From assembly GCF_006345805.1 (NCBI RefSeq), contig NC_042997.1, forward strand, positions 142,042,001 through 142,106,000: DNA of 64,000 nucleotides, written 5' to 3'. The notes below the pieces were generated by a model that searched no databases, was not told where the DNA came from, and saw only the letters and a list, made by a program, of their open reading frames with translations. Positions 1-12,176 of this stretch are shown here, piece by piece. The position numbers and the translations under genes were made by a program. Source of the stretch: Octopus sinensis (taxonomy: Eukaryota). Every line of letters starts with the position of its first letter. Positions within the stretch are counted from its first letter, which is position 1.

Positions 1-1552
1 GAGGTCTTACTACAAGCTTCACTCTGCTGGCATAGCTCTCTGAGTCACTGGGACACACAGGCCACCACATCACAATAAAGACTGGACTTTGTGGTGGAAT
101 ATTACATATGGTTGTTACAATTGTCTGTGAGTTTTGTCTGTCAGTCAAATTAAAGTGTAAGTAGGGTAGGTATACAGTGCAGAAGAAAGATTTGAAGTTA
201 GCTATTGTCACCTGGATGGATGAACAAGTGAGACAAATGGTTGTTCAATGTGTGTTGTAGAGGTCATCATTAAAATGAAAGCTCTTCTGCTCAAAGAAAA
301 TCACTTGTTATTCAGTACCATATTGATCTAAGTAACATGGCTGATCATCAGTTTTGTTCTTTTCATTGTATTCAAGAGAACAGCATTGTTGTATTGCTCT
401 TTGCTCTAATCGTTCCATGTCACATGATTGGTACCTTGCACTATTGGTAATGGAGATCTATTATTACTGGTTCTTTGTGAAGATCTGATGAGATTTGTTC
501 AAGAATGGCTTGACCCTCCAACCACCTAATTATTAATATGCATAAAAGAAGTTATTTATTGATCTTCTTCAGCTTATTTGAATATAAGAAGTGTGGTTTG
601 TGTGTGTGTGTGTGTATATATAGATATGTGTTGGTATGTGTGTGTGATATAAAATATATACATATACATATTTTTAGAGTTTGTCCAAGCTTTCAATTTT
701 GTCATTTTCTTCTTATAAGAATGTAGCATTTAAATACCAAATAAGTGTTATAAAGATAATCTTTTATGAAGCTTGTGAAGATTTTATGATGACATCAGCC
801 AGCCAAAATATTTCTTTCAGTAACTGTGAACCTAATTCATTACTATTCTCATCCCTGTACCATCAGATCAACAAATAACCCTTGGTTATTTTCTTAACAA
901 GCATTCACCCCTGTGATTGGCTTGGGGCTGTTCTCAGCAAATTGCATATAGGCTGGTTGTCCATTCACTGTTTCACATTATAAGTGCACTGCCAACACAT
1001 TCTTCCATGTCGACTTTTGCTTCTCATGGCTGGCAGCAAGTATGGACACAGTACTAAAATTACTTTGACAGATGTTTCTGTGCAATGAAATAGTAAAAAT
1101 TACTTTTTTTACTCAAAAACAATATCTGCTACCTGCCACTTTAGCGATTTTGTTATTACTGAAAAATTCCATGCTGTCAGTTGCTCTGATTAGGAAAGCT
1201 TTATAAATAATTCCAGAAATAATTTGTGTAAACTTCCAAAGAATCTTTTGCACTAAAAATAATCTTGAAAAATGAGATTGAAAAACTTAAAACAGAATAT
1301 GTTGTAAATTTTGTCAAATATGTTGTACAATAAATATTAAAATGTTTGTCTTTTTGTTTTTTTCCATCATAGACATCATCATCTCTTCATCACATCATGA
1401 TTATTAAATTTTACTTCTCAGGGCTCTCGATCTTGCTCCATTTAATTCTGTGAGAGTGGACGGCAACCTGTTGTCAAAGGTCTCCTCCCCTTCCCCCTCC
1501 CCTCCTCCTCTTCCTCATCATCAACATCACCCTCATTTTCATATATCATCAT

Positions 1553-1968
1553 CAGGAGTGGCTATGTGGATATAGGCGCAGGAACGGTTATGTGGCAAGA
1601 AGCTTGCTTCCCAACCACATGGTTCTGGGTTCAGTCCCACTATGTGGCACCTTGGGCAAGTATCTTCTACTATAGCCTCAGGCCAACCAAAACCTTCTGA
1701 GTGGATTTGGTAGATAAAAACTGAAAAGAAGCCTGTCATATATATATGTATGTATATATTTGTGTGTCTGTATTTGTCCTCCCTACCATCATTTGACAAC
1801 AGATGTTGGTGTGTTTACGACCTCATTACTTAGCAGTTTGGCAAAAGAGACTGATAGAATAAGTACGAGGCTTACAAAAAAATAAAGTCTAGGGTCAATT
1901 TGTTCAATTAAAGGCAGTGCTCCAGCATGGCTGCAGTCAAATGACTGAAACAAGTAAAAGAAAATAAG
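1553..1968 (+). mobile_element. tRNA-derived SINE, family A (CORE-like segment, internal microsatellite)
   Basis: A-box-like GTGGCTATGTGG, B-box-like GGTTCAGTCCC, then GGCACCTTGGGCAAGT, a central (TA/TG)n and the tail CAGCATGGCTGCAGTCAAATGACTGAAACAAGTAAAAG; more than 15 copies in the window. Confidence 0.85.
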
Positions 1969-2319
1969 AGATCATCATCATCATCACCAGCATCATCTTC
2001 ATCAAGGCAGCAGGCTGGTTAAATTAGGGCATTGGAAATATTGTTTAGAAGTATATGATCCAGTTCTTTATTTTTTATTTCAAATCCTACCAATGTCAGC
2101 TTTGTCTTTCATCCCTTCAGTGTTGATGAAATAAAGTACTCGTCCTTTACTGGGGTCAGTGGTATTGACTCGACCCCCACTTCACTCAAAATTGTTGGTC
2201 ATGTGCCTAACTTAGAAGCAATTTGAGCTGGCAGAACCCTTAGCATATCAGACAAAATGCTTAGCAGCATACCCTCGAGTGGCAATGGCAGCAACCACCA
2301 CTACCATCATCAGCAGCAA

Positions 2320-2500
2320 CAGCCGTTCAAAAATTTGGACCTGGAGATCTCCATTTCCAGCGACTTCGAGGGCCACCTCCCAGTGGTGTCGGGCGTTAAT
2401 GAAGAGCCCTCAACTAGAACAAGACGACCAAAGTTTTTTTTTTTTCGAGGTCTGGGCTCTCCCGCCCCTAAGCCCTAAACCATCACCTAATCCCCCTTAT
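2320..2500 (+). repeat. Unassigned ~180-bp dispersed repeat X, copy 1
   Basis: Aligns by eye to the reverse complement of 58120-58300; ends in a degenerate CCCTAA-like tract; flanked by (CAG/CAA)n. Confidence 0.85.
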
Positions 2501-2664
2501 CTGTCTTGTTGCTTAACAACAGCAACAGCAGCATCATGTAATGTCCATGTTGGCATGGGCTGAACTGCTTGACAGGGCCTGATGAGTTAGAGAAATGCAT
2601 CATACCCCAGTGTCTATTTTGACATGGTTTCTACAGCTAGATGCCCTTCCTAACACCAACCACT

Positions 2665-2883
2665 TTAACCCTTTTGATACCAACCCAGCTGAAACTGCCT
2701 CTGGCTCTATAGTACAAATGTCTTGTTTTGAATGAAAAGCTTGCACCAAACCTTAGTCACAACTTATGTTCCTAACACCAGCTTAATAACTAAGTTATTT
2801 TACTAAATTCTTTGTTATATTTAAAATTAATTGAAAAAAAAACACATAGCATCTCAACAGAAATACAGTAATAAAAGGGTTAA
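2665..2883. mobile_element. piggyBac-like MITE (family E) inserted in an RTE-tailed element
   Basis: TTAA|CCCTTTTGATAC...GTAATAAAAGGG|TTAA; second copy at 10392-10617. Confidence 0.75.
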
Positions 2884-3146
2884 AAAGTGTACTGGGTGCT
2901 TTTTTGATGGCACCAGCAATGCATGGAAAACAGTTATTGCAATATATATCATGTAGTGATATCATTATATATCAAAACTTAGTGAGAGATATTCCCATAT
3001 TTGAGCAGGATTTAATTTGTCAACCCCAAAAATATGAATGGCAAATTTGACCTCAACAAGAATTGAATTTATCTTCTGAGTTCAAATCCCGTCAAGGTAA
3101 ACTTTGCCTTTCAACCTTTTTAATGTCAATTGAAATACCAATCAAT

Positions 3147-3374
3147 TTAACTCTTTAGCATTCAGATTACTCTGTTAAATGTAATGCTAATTTATCTTCA
3201 TTGTTTTGAATTTATCATTCATTAGCTTGCAGCTTCAAATTTTGATGATGTGATTGTGTATTTTTAGAATGACATTGTAGAGTAGGTGTGAAAGGTCAGA
3301 TCTGTCTGATCTGAACTTCAAACAGGAAACAATATTTGGGCTGGATATGGCTGGTTTATATACTAAAAGGTTAA
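3147..3374. mobile_element. piggyBac-like MITE (family D)
   Basis: TTAA-flanked ends resembling CCCTTTAGCATT/AATGCTAAAGGG; six copies in the window. Confidence 0.75.
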
Positions 3375-3574
3375 TTGACTATTTCATCATTATCATTATC
3401 ATCAGTCTCCTCATTGAATGTCTCTTTTCTATGCTGGCATGGGTTGGATGTTTGACTATATCCACTAAGCCATGGGCTCTCATGTCATCTTTGACTGGAT
3501 GCTCTTCCTAACATCTACTGCATTCCAGTGTGTACTAGGTGCTTTCTTTTCTTTCATGCTGCAGTACTAGTGAG

Positions 3575-3977
3575 CAAAGCCAGATTAAGACCAATAGAGG
3601 CCCTAAGGACTTAAGATAGTTTGGTGGCCCCATATATATGCAATTCAAAATATAAACAATAATAATTCATAAAATAAATTTTAATTCTTCAAAACAAAAC
3701 AAAACTAATGTTTATTTTTGTATACTTCCACTTTATATTTGAGAAATTTTCCCCTACTTTTTTTTTTAATTGCAAAGTCTTTGATCAAATCCTCACTATG
3801 ACACTACAAACACTTTGAATTTATATTTCCAATCATATAAACCTCTTCTAATATTATTTTAGCAAGTTTAAAGGGATTTTTTTTTGTGACGTAAACCATT
3901 TACCTTTTCTGTGGGGCCCACCTTCCCTTGATGCCCTAAGCACATGCTTATTTTGCTTAATGGTTAATCCAGCACTG
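3575..3977. mobile_element. hAT-type MITE
   Basis: TIRs CAAAGCCAGATTAA / TTAATCCAGCACTG; perfect 8-bp TSD CTAGTGAG at 3567-3574 and 3978-3985. Confidence 0.85.
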
Positions 3978-4254
3978 CTAGTGAGGTTAGCAAGTAACTT
4001 GCAAGACAGGAAAAGGAAAAAGTAGCAGTGGCAGGATTAGAATAGGGGTGGTTGGCTTTATGTCAGGTGTTGAGAGGCTAAAGTATGATAGAAGAACAAG
4101 CACGGGTGTCTTACTATAGAAAAGATACACGACTACCCTGCATTATATAAGGATGGTGAAAGGAGCTGGAAAGAAACTAAATATGGTGGTAATGGGGTGC
4201 CAAAGCAAACTCTGAAGGTACAAGGAGGTGAGCATATGTGAGAATATGGACAGT

Positions 4255-4640
4255 CATCATCATCATCATCGTTTAACGTCCGCTTTCTATGCTAGCATGG
4301 GTTCAATGATTTGACTGAGGACTGGCAAACCAGATGGCTGCACCAGGCTCCAATCTGATCTGGCAGAGTTTCTACAGCTGGATGCCCTTCCTAACACCAA
4401 CCACTTCGAGAGTGTAGTGGGTACTTTTACATGCCACCAGAACAAGGGCCAGTTAGGCGGTACTGGCAATGGCCATGCTCAAATTGTGTTTTTTACGTGC
4501 CACCTGCACAGGAGCCAGTCCAGCGGCACTGGCAATGACCTCGCTCGAATGTTTTTTCATGTGCCACCGGTCAAGTGCCAGTAAGGCGGAGCTGGTAACA
4601 ATCACGCTCGAATAGTGCTTTTTACGTGCCACCAGCATGG
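4255..4640 (-). mobile_element. RTE-tailed retroposon (family C) with internal tandem subunits
   Basis: (CAT)n tail, CCATGCTAGCATGG-type stem, GATGCCCTTCCTAA motif, repeated TTTTACGTGCCACC units. Confidence 0.75.
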
Positions 4641-4837
4641 AAGCCAGTTTGCTGAATTCTGTAAATTTGTAACATTGTACAAATGTTATAAATCACTATA
4701 ACAGTTATGATATCGAAATGTTTGATGTATGAGGTGTGAAAAGAAGAATGAGTAATGTTAGTATAGGGCAACAAGTATTAGTTTTATCAATATATTAGCA
4801 TGGAATAATAAATATCCAAATGTCATTATCATGTGGC

Positions 4838-5210
4838 TATAGGTGCAGGTATGGTAGTGTGGTTAAGAAGCTGACTTTGTAACCACATGGTTCCAGGTTC
4901 ATTCCTACTGTGTGGCACCTTGGGCGAATGTCACCTACTCTAGACATAGTCTGAGAAGTGAATTTGGTAGATTAAAACTGTGAAGAATTGTGTGTTTATG
5001 TCTGTATTGTGTTTGTTCCCTATCACCATTTGACAACTGGCATTGGTTTGTTATGTCCCCATAACTTAGTGGTTTGGCAAAAAGAGATAACTAGAATAAG
5101 TACAAGACCAAAGAAAAAGTGCTGGGTTCAATTTCTCTGACTAAAACCCATCAAGGTAGTGCCCCAGCATGGCCACAGTTCAGTGACTGTAACAAGTAAA
5201 AGATAAAAAA
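4838..5210 (+). mobile_element. SINE family A
   Basis: Same head, CORE-like segment and tail as 1553-1968. Confidence 0.8.
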
Positions 5211-5767
5211 AAGTTAAGGACTCAACAGCATTATCTTCCTTTCCCCCTCCTCCTCCTCATCATCTTTTACATCTGTTTTTCCATGTGGGCATGGGTTGGA
5301 GTCATTCATCATAGTCCATATCATTGTGCAGCAAGAAAAAAAAAACAATGAAATTTGATATGCTGTGAGTTCTAAATGCATTTTATCATGCCACCCCTGG
5401 ATCCCCCACTACCTTTTCTTAGCTATTCTTCTAGCTCTGCCATCCTAAATTGGTAGCCTGCAATGGGGTTTGCAGAGTCCACATCTCACTTGACCATGTT
5501 TTCCAGGACTGGATACTCACTTTGTTACCAGCCACTTTACAGAGTGTATTGCATGCATTTTATCAAGCAACCAGCACTAGAGAGGTCCCATGAGAACTAA
5601 AGGGAGCCTCTCTGCTCTATATTAATTCTATTTAGTAATTGCCCTCTTAAATAGGTAACCTGCAATAAGGCTTGCAGAGCCCATATCTCTCTTGATTTAT
5701 CAATTGAATGGTATATCTTAGCTTTGTCAGTGCCCACTATCTTATACTCTATCCATTCATTGCCCCC

Positions 5768-5983
5768 TTAACACTTTAGCATTTAAACTGACCACATCCA
5801 TCCCTGCTTTATGTTCAAACTTGCTAGAACTGACTTCTCATACTTACTTTACAATGTCATTCTAAAAGTAAACAGTCAAACAATTGGGACTTCAAAGCTA
5901 CAAGATAATACATGATTAATTCAAAACAATGTCAATAAATAAGCATTACATTTGAGAGAATAATCTGAATGCTAAGGGGTTAA
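5768..5983. mobile_element. piggyBac-like MITE (family D), reverse orientation
   Basis: TTAA at 5768-5771 and 5980-5983; TAGCATT/AATGCTA termini. Confidence 0.75.
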
Positions 5984-6900
5984 ATTTATGTCATTAATAC
6001 TATAAATATTATCCCTTAAAAGACTAAATGTCCCATGCTATCTTTGGTAATCACTTCTTCTTTGGTGTAGTTTTCACAACTGGAGGTCATGGTGGTGGTG
6101 GTGGTGGTGGTGGGAGCAGTTGGGTGTGTGGTGGTTCCAACTAAATAGTTGATATACTTTCATTTCCTGCTCAAGTCATTGATGTTATAAAAACCTAGAG
6201 AATTAACAAAACTGAAAAAGACTGAAGACAAATCATAATAGTCTTGGATTTAGACACAAAACCAGCAATTTTGAAGGGAGGGGGGAACAGGTGCAACTAT
6301 TGACCCTACTACTTGACTGGTACTTCATTTTATTAACCCCTGGAGGTATGAAAGGCAAAGTTGACCTCAGCAGGATTTGAACTCAGAACACAAAGAGCTG
6401 GAAGCAGAACAGTAAAGTATTTTGTTCAGTGTTCTGATGATTGTGGCTATTTATTTGCTTCCAAAGACAAACAAAAGTTGTTTATTAATTTAGGTAACAA
6501 GGCCAGCAGTTTGAGGGAGCAAAGGTAGTTGATATCATCAACCCCAGGAAGGACCACTAGAATAAAAATACTAAAGAAAGCATAAGTGCTGGATTCAATT
6601 TCAACTAAACTCTCCAAGGTGGTACCCCAGTATGGCCACTCAGTCCAATGACTGTAACAAGCAAAAAGATAAAAAGAATGAAAAGCAAAATTGGCTTGGT
6701 GGGATTTAAATTCAGAACATAAAGAGCCAATTGAAATGCTGCTAGTAATTCCTTCCAATGCTCTAATCATTGTGCCAGTTCACCGCCTTCCAATGACAAA
6801 TAATAATGAATGGAAGAAATGGTAAGTCTATCCTTGAATTAGCTTTTCTCCTTGCCTCAGGTTTTCTGGGGGTATGTTTACTATCAGACCACTGTATAGT

Positions 6901-7127
6901 TTAAGACTTTAGCATTTAAACTGGCCATACCTGACCCAAATATTCTACTTGAATTATGTTCAAACCAGCCAGAGCTGATCTCTCATGTCTTCCCTACAAA
7001 GTCATTCTAAAAATAAGCAATCAATCATCAAAATCTCAAAGCTACAAGATAATGCATGATTAATTCAAAACAATATGAATAAATAAGCATTGCATTTGAC
7101 AGAATAATCTAAATGCTAAAGGGTTAA
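6901..7127. mobile_element. piggyBac-like MITE (family D), reverse orientation
   Basis: TTAA at 6901-6904 and 7124-7127; homologous to 5768-5983. Confidence 0.75.
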
Positions 7128-8464
7128 ATGCCTAGCTTATAGAGAGACTGAGTGAACCAAGTAAAGAGCTGAATAAGCTACATTAATAAATTAGTACAAA
7201 GTGAAAGTCTTTTTCTGGGTAAATAAATTGGGTAAATAAATTCAATTTCATTTGCACAACAACAATTGCTTAACCGACTTTATTTTATTTTGTCTGAGTT
7301 TTTAATTCTTATGTATTCGTTTTAATCTTCTTACAGTTTATTAAAACTGTAATTTGTGTAGTTTAGTTTCAGAGCTTAATTCTGATGTTGGAACAGATTT
7401 GTTAAACCCAGATTTTAATAATCAATCTCAGTAAATAGACTCTATAATATATGTATTACTGTTTGATTTTTCTCTTGTGTCTCTGATATACACTCAAGTA
7501 AATATACTTAATTCACTTACAGTTAGGAACTGCAGTTTATACATTGACAGAATTATCAATATTTCCCTGTGAAACTAATAAATCACATCTGAATCACTTG
7601 ACTTTCTGTTCATACTTGTTACAAGCCACCTCCAAGATAATTTGATCAATTTCTTATAGCATTAGATAAGACAGTACAATAACAATTTTCTAATTTATTT
7701 ACTTAGTTCCACATGCTGGACACATCATCTTAGTTCTGTCAGTGGTCTAACTAGATAAATGCATTAGAACAAAACTTGCTTTTTGTATAGTTCTGTTGGC
7801 TTTGTCTCAGGAAACCAGTGTTTTGTAGGATAATACCAAGGAACTAAGAGGCCATAATGATTTAATCAATACCATTATCTTCCATAGAACTGAAGATATT
7901 AGACAGATGTTTTCAATTCTAATTCTTGCCATTAAAGATGTTAACAATATCTCGTTTTCCAACTGAAATTATTTCCTGGTATTGGTATTATACCATTTCC
8001 CAATTACCTCTGTCTTTGTTATCGGCAGCCTTGAAACTTTATTGATAGCAATCAGTTTAAGCTGTGTTATTTATGCTTACCGGGCTCTCTATTCTCAAGC
8101 CACAAAAGGAATTCTATTCCATAAAATAAAACTCTTTCTTTTTGTCTTCCCTCCCAGAACAACAAAATGGTCATAAAATTTACTTGTGATTACATAGTAA
8201 CTTTTGTAGTGTTATTTCTGTGACCTTAATCTTTTGTATTAATAAATGATTAACCACATGGAGATCTCCACGCACATTTACATCCTGTCATAAATTTACT
8301 TATAAATGAGTTTGATGAAAGTTATTCTCTTCTTTATGTTCCTGCGATTTCATTAGTTTTGGTTATTTAAAAGTGTCTGGTCACATATTTTATTCATAAA
8401 TATTGCTCTTCTCTTGATTTACTGACCACAAGCGAAAAGCAAATAATTGTTTTGTCTGTAAACC

Positions 8465-9147
8465 AGCAGTTCACAACTGGGGTCCGCATGACTCTTGAGA
8501 GCCCATATAAGAGTTTATTGTTAAAATTTATGTGCAATAAATTGGTTCTTTTACAATACATAAAGTATGTTAACTTTTTATACAATTCCTAATACATGCC
8601 GTCATCAACTTACAACCTATCCAGCTTACAACCGATTGACTTTATGATGATTGACGCACCAGCTCCCAGCAGCGATAATATATAGTCCAGTTGAAATCTA
8701 ATGGGTTTAATTTCTTAGAAATTAACCTATCTACAGATGATGTCAGCTAATAAACACTTACCCTAGGTTTGGTTTTCAATTGCCACAATAGTTATCCTAA
8801 GTGTTGGATGAATATCCTGTCATGGAGACATCAAGGCAACCTCATATGTGTTTATTAGATGACTGCTTGAGACAAATAACACTGTTGCAGTATAATACAG
8901 AAAGCTGTATGTGACTCTTACCTGAGAATGTACCTTAAGAATGTAAAAATATAAAACAAGGTTATGTAATCTTATAGGCTGACTTACAACCAGTCAGTCA
9001 AAACCAATTGTGGTCATAAGTTGATGACCCGTATTTAATTATAAAAAATATAATAGGATTTTTTAAACATCAAATGGCTAGAAGAGTCCATCCGAGTAAA
9101 ATAGAAATCAAAGGGGTCCACAGGTAAAATATGGTTGAGAACCACTG
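8465..9147. mobile_element. hAT/Charlie-like MITE containing a nested Tigger-like element
   Basis: Ends CAGCAGTTCACAAC / GTTGAGAACCACTG; TSD degenerate; same family as 20375-21640. Confidence 0.65.
8593..9033. mobile_element. Tigger/pogo-like non-autonomous element
   Basis: Inverted ends GTCATCAACTTACAACC / GGTCATAAGTTGATGAC with flanking TA. Confidence 0.6.
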
Positions 9148-10391
9148 CTCTAAACAGTTACTTGAAACTGCTAGAAATAGGAATCAAATCTTTAAAATGA
9201 AAGAACATTTTATGTAATGTAGTCCTTAATATACAACAAAAAAAGCATGACCAAAGTTAGAACAGTCTTGATTGGCTCAAGGCTATAGCAGAAGACACTA
9301 CTATTGACAAGGTGTCATTGAGTGCAATTGAACCCAAAGCTGTGTGGTTGTAACATGAAATTCTAACCCATGTAGCCATGTCTGTATTTTTAAACATCCA
9401 TTAAGAAAATGTGAGAAAAGGTGAGAGTAAGGTAGATGTAAGAGGTGGAAGGGTGAGAACACTGGAAAACAAAAGGAAAATGTAAAAAAAGGGAAAAGGG
9501 AAAATTAGAGATATGTCCTCTTTGGCCATAAAGCCATAATAAGGCTGAATGGATAGGGATTTAGAATCTGCGATACAGCCATTGTCAGAAGAGGGTGATA
9601 TTTTCCATTTCACTAAAAGGAATTTATCCATATGTTTACATTAACTGAAAATTTCAAACCTGGAATTCAGCAGTGCAGTGGATTTCTCAGATTTGAAAAG
9701 GATCTGTGATCTTTCAGCTATGCATAGCTTGGCATTTTTTTTTTTTTATCCATTAGCATATGGCATGGATTTTTCAACTATTTTCCACTTGATTGTATGT
9801 GGTGTGACATTAGACTTCAGACTCCACATGTGGTTAGCCAATTTAAAGGCTTTACTTTAGCTCCTGTACTGAAAGAAAGATATGTAGTTAGCATAATAAT
9901 TTTTGAAGTCACCTTCACATAACCCAATGTAACTCTTCTTTTCAGTTATGTTATCATCTACCATTGCTGTAACTTCTGCCATATATATGATAGATTTAAT
10001 CATGTACCCCTGGTCGAGTAGACAACTTCTTGGATCTTGACAGTTACAATTGAGAGAAGTTGTAGTTGTAATTTAAAGAACCAGTCTTGTCACACTGTAT
10101 CCCACTGAATCTCCCTGAGAACTACATAAAGAGTATAGGTGTCAGAATGGTGCTCAACCACTTGCACATTAATTTCATGAGCAGACTGGAACACTCATCA
10201 TTGTAACTAACAGAGAATCAAGCCATGCCATTCATTTATTCCTTTACTGACTTCAGTTATTGAACTAGGACCATGCTAGGACACCAGCTTCATTGGTTTT
10301 AGTCTCTTATATCAACTCAACTACTTTGGTTCTTGTTTTCTTGCAGAGGAGGCAGAAAGGTCAAGACAGCCATTTGTACCCATTGCCTGGC

Positions 10392-10617
10392 TGAACCCTT
10401 TCATTACCAATCCAGCTGAAACTGGCCCTGGCTCTAAGTACAAATGTCGTTTTCATAAGCCTTTAATTAAAATCTCCCACCAAACCTTAGTCATAATTTA
10501 TATTCCTAACAGTAGCTAAATGACAACTAAGTTATTATACGAAATTCTTTGTTATGTTTAAAGTAATTGAAAGAAACACAGAGCATCTCAAAATACATAC
10601 AGTAATGAAAGGGTGAA
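10392..10617. mobile_element. piggyBac-like MITE (family E), copy 2
   Basis: Homologous along its length to 2665-2883; CCCTTTCATTAC / GTAATGAAAGGG ends. Confidence 0.7.
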
Positions 10618-11169
10618 ACACCACCACTTGGTGACCATTCTCTTGCAAGTAACTTCTTTCCTTTTTCCCATTAATCACAGACTCCTTCAAAAGGGCTGTT
10701 ATTTTTCCTATGACTAAACCATTAATAAAAAGAGCTAAAAACAAAACTAATTAAAATATTATAAGATATTGTTTGGATATGAGACATGAGACTGACAGTA
10801 ACATTCACACCAGTTATATGCTATAATCAGTAATATACTGCTTCATAATATACATATATACATGTATATGCATGTGTGCATGTGTGTGTGTGTGTGTGCA
10901 CGCATGTGTTTGCGTGTGTGTGTGTCTGTGTGTCTGTCTTTCTGTCTGTATCTGTGTGTGTGTGTGTGTATTTGTTCTACCTTTCTAATTTGCTATGAAA
11001 ATGTGTTCAGTCATGCAGAAATATTATTTTGCTTGGATAAAAGGTGAGGTTTGGCAATAAGAAGAGCATCCTGTCATGTGTATCTATGTCAACAAATTCC
11101 ATCTGGCCCATGCAAGCATGGAAAATTGGATATTAAAACAATAATGATGATGACAATGATATACTGGTT

Positions 11170-11845
11170 GCAATGAATAAACTGTTGTCTAAATTACACA
11201 AAAATGAAAATAACACTGACATCTCATTTTAAAAGATATATTTACCAAAATTACATATAAATATCTTGAAATACTAAAGAGTAAATTTATTCAATAAAAT
11301 CGCCATTGCCTTCAACCAGATAACTTCAGAATCTCCATCAACTCTTCTGGATGGTCTCCCTGTTTAAGTTAGTGAATGCTGCCATAATCCTTGCCTTCAG
11401 TGCATCTTTGGTGTTACAAGGAGTTTTGTTGGTCTCTTGCTTAACTGTGCCCCATGCATAAAATCAAGGGAGTTGCAGTCTAGAGAATTAGCTGGCCAAA
11501 TGTTAGGGGTGATGTGGTCGCAGAAATTGTCTAACAGTCATGACTGGATTCTCCTGTTTGTGTGGCATGGTGCAGAGTCCTGTTGCCAGACATAGGGTCT
11601 TCCATCAGCCAGGGCAGCACTACCTCCTTCATGATAATTCTGAGGCCGTGTGGGAAGATGAATGGAAGCGTAACGTTGTCATCACTAGTGATCACTTCAA
11701 ACACCATGATGTTGACTGGATGTTTCATTTTTGTCACTCTAGGTACATGTCCTCAGATTGACACCCAAACACTCTGAAATGTTCATATTGGAGCATCTGG
11801 CATGAATGCCCAGAGGGGAACCTTTTAAGTGCACCCACGGTCATT
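11170..11845 (-). pseudogene. Tc1/mariner-superfamily transposase fragment (maT/DD37D-like), 3' half
   Basis: Minus-strand peptides KHPVNIMVFEVITSD, QQDSAPCH and WPANSLDCNSLDF (WPPNSPDxNPLD motif), with frameshifts and stops. Confidence 0.8.
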
Positions 11846-11859
11846 CGTGACTAACAGAA

Positions 11860-11899
11860 TCAAGTCATACATTCATACATGCATACATACATACATACA

Positions 11900-11935
<36 letters not shown>

Positions 11936-12123
11936 TATTATATACGCACACACACATATATATGTATACCTATATGTATATACATATATACATAAATATG
12001 TATATATATATACACACACACACAGATATATATGTGTGATATATATATATATATATATATTCTATCTATCTATCTACACATATACTGCACCCCACACACA
12101 CACATACACACACATACATATAC

Positions 12124-12175
<52 letters not shown>
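11860..12175. repeat. Compound microsatellite (TACA)n/(TA)n/(CA)n
   Basis: Directly visible. Confidence 0.95.

Positions 12176-12176
<1 letters not shown>

Noticed and set aside
1553-1640. SINE heads as tRNA genes
   Set aside because: No complete cloverleaf; they continue into high-copy SINE bodies
2257-2478. Similar ORFs at 2257-2478 and 58141-58368 (QQQQPFKNLDLEIS...) as a duplicated gene
   Set aside because: They are dispersed repeat X plus microsatellite flanks; N-termini are unrelated and the T-run length varies
2340-2480. Twister-ribozyme reading of repeat X (GAGGG, UAA-UGAAG, CCCUAAGC)
   Set aside because: P1 is not adjacent to UAA, P4 cannot form, and copy 2 loses GAGGG and UAA
2460-2500. 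Interstitial telomere
   Set aside because: Only a few degenerate CCCTAA-like units inside a dispersed repeat
2575-2600. CUGAUGA...GAAA as a hammerhead
   Set aside because: No stem II or stem I pairing; lies inside a family C body
6040-6197. Minus-strand terminal exon (poly-Pro/poly-Thr, or GFYNINDLSRK*)
   Set aside because: Driven by a (GGT)n repeat; cannot be linked reliably to upstream exons
8761-8932. Minus-strand 12-nt microexon plus a 55-nt exon with good splice sites
   Set aside because: Both lie inside the Tigger-like element, and the second has a stop in every frame
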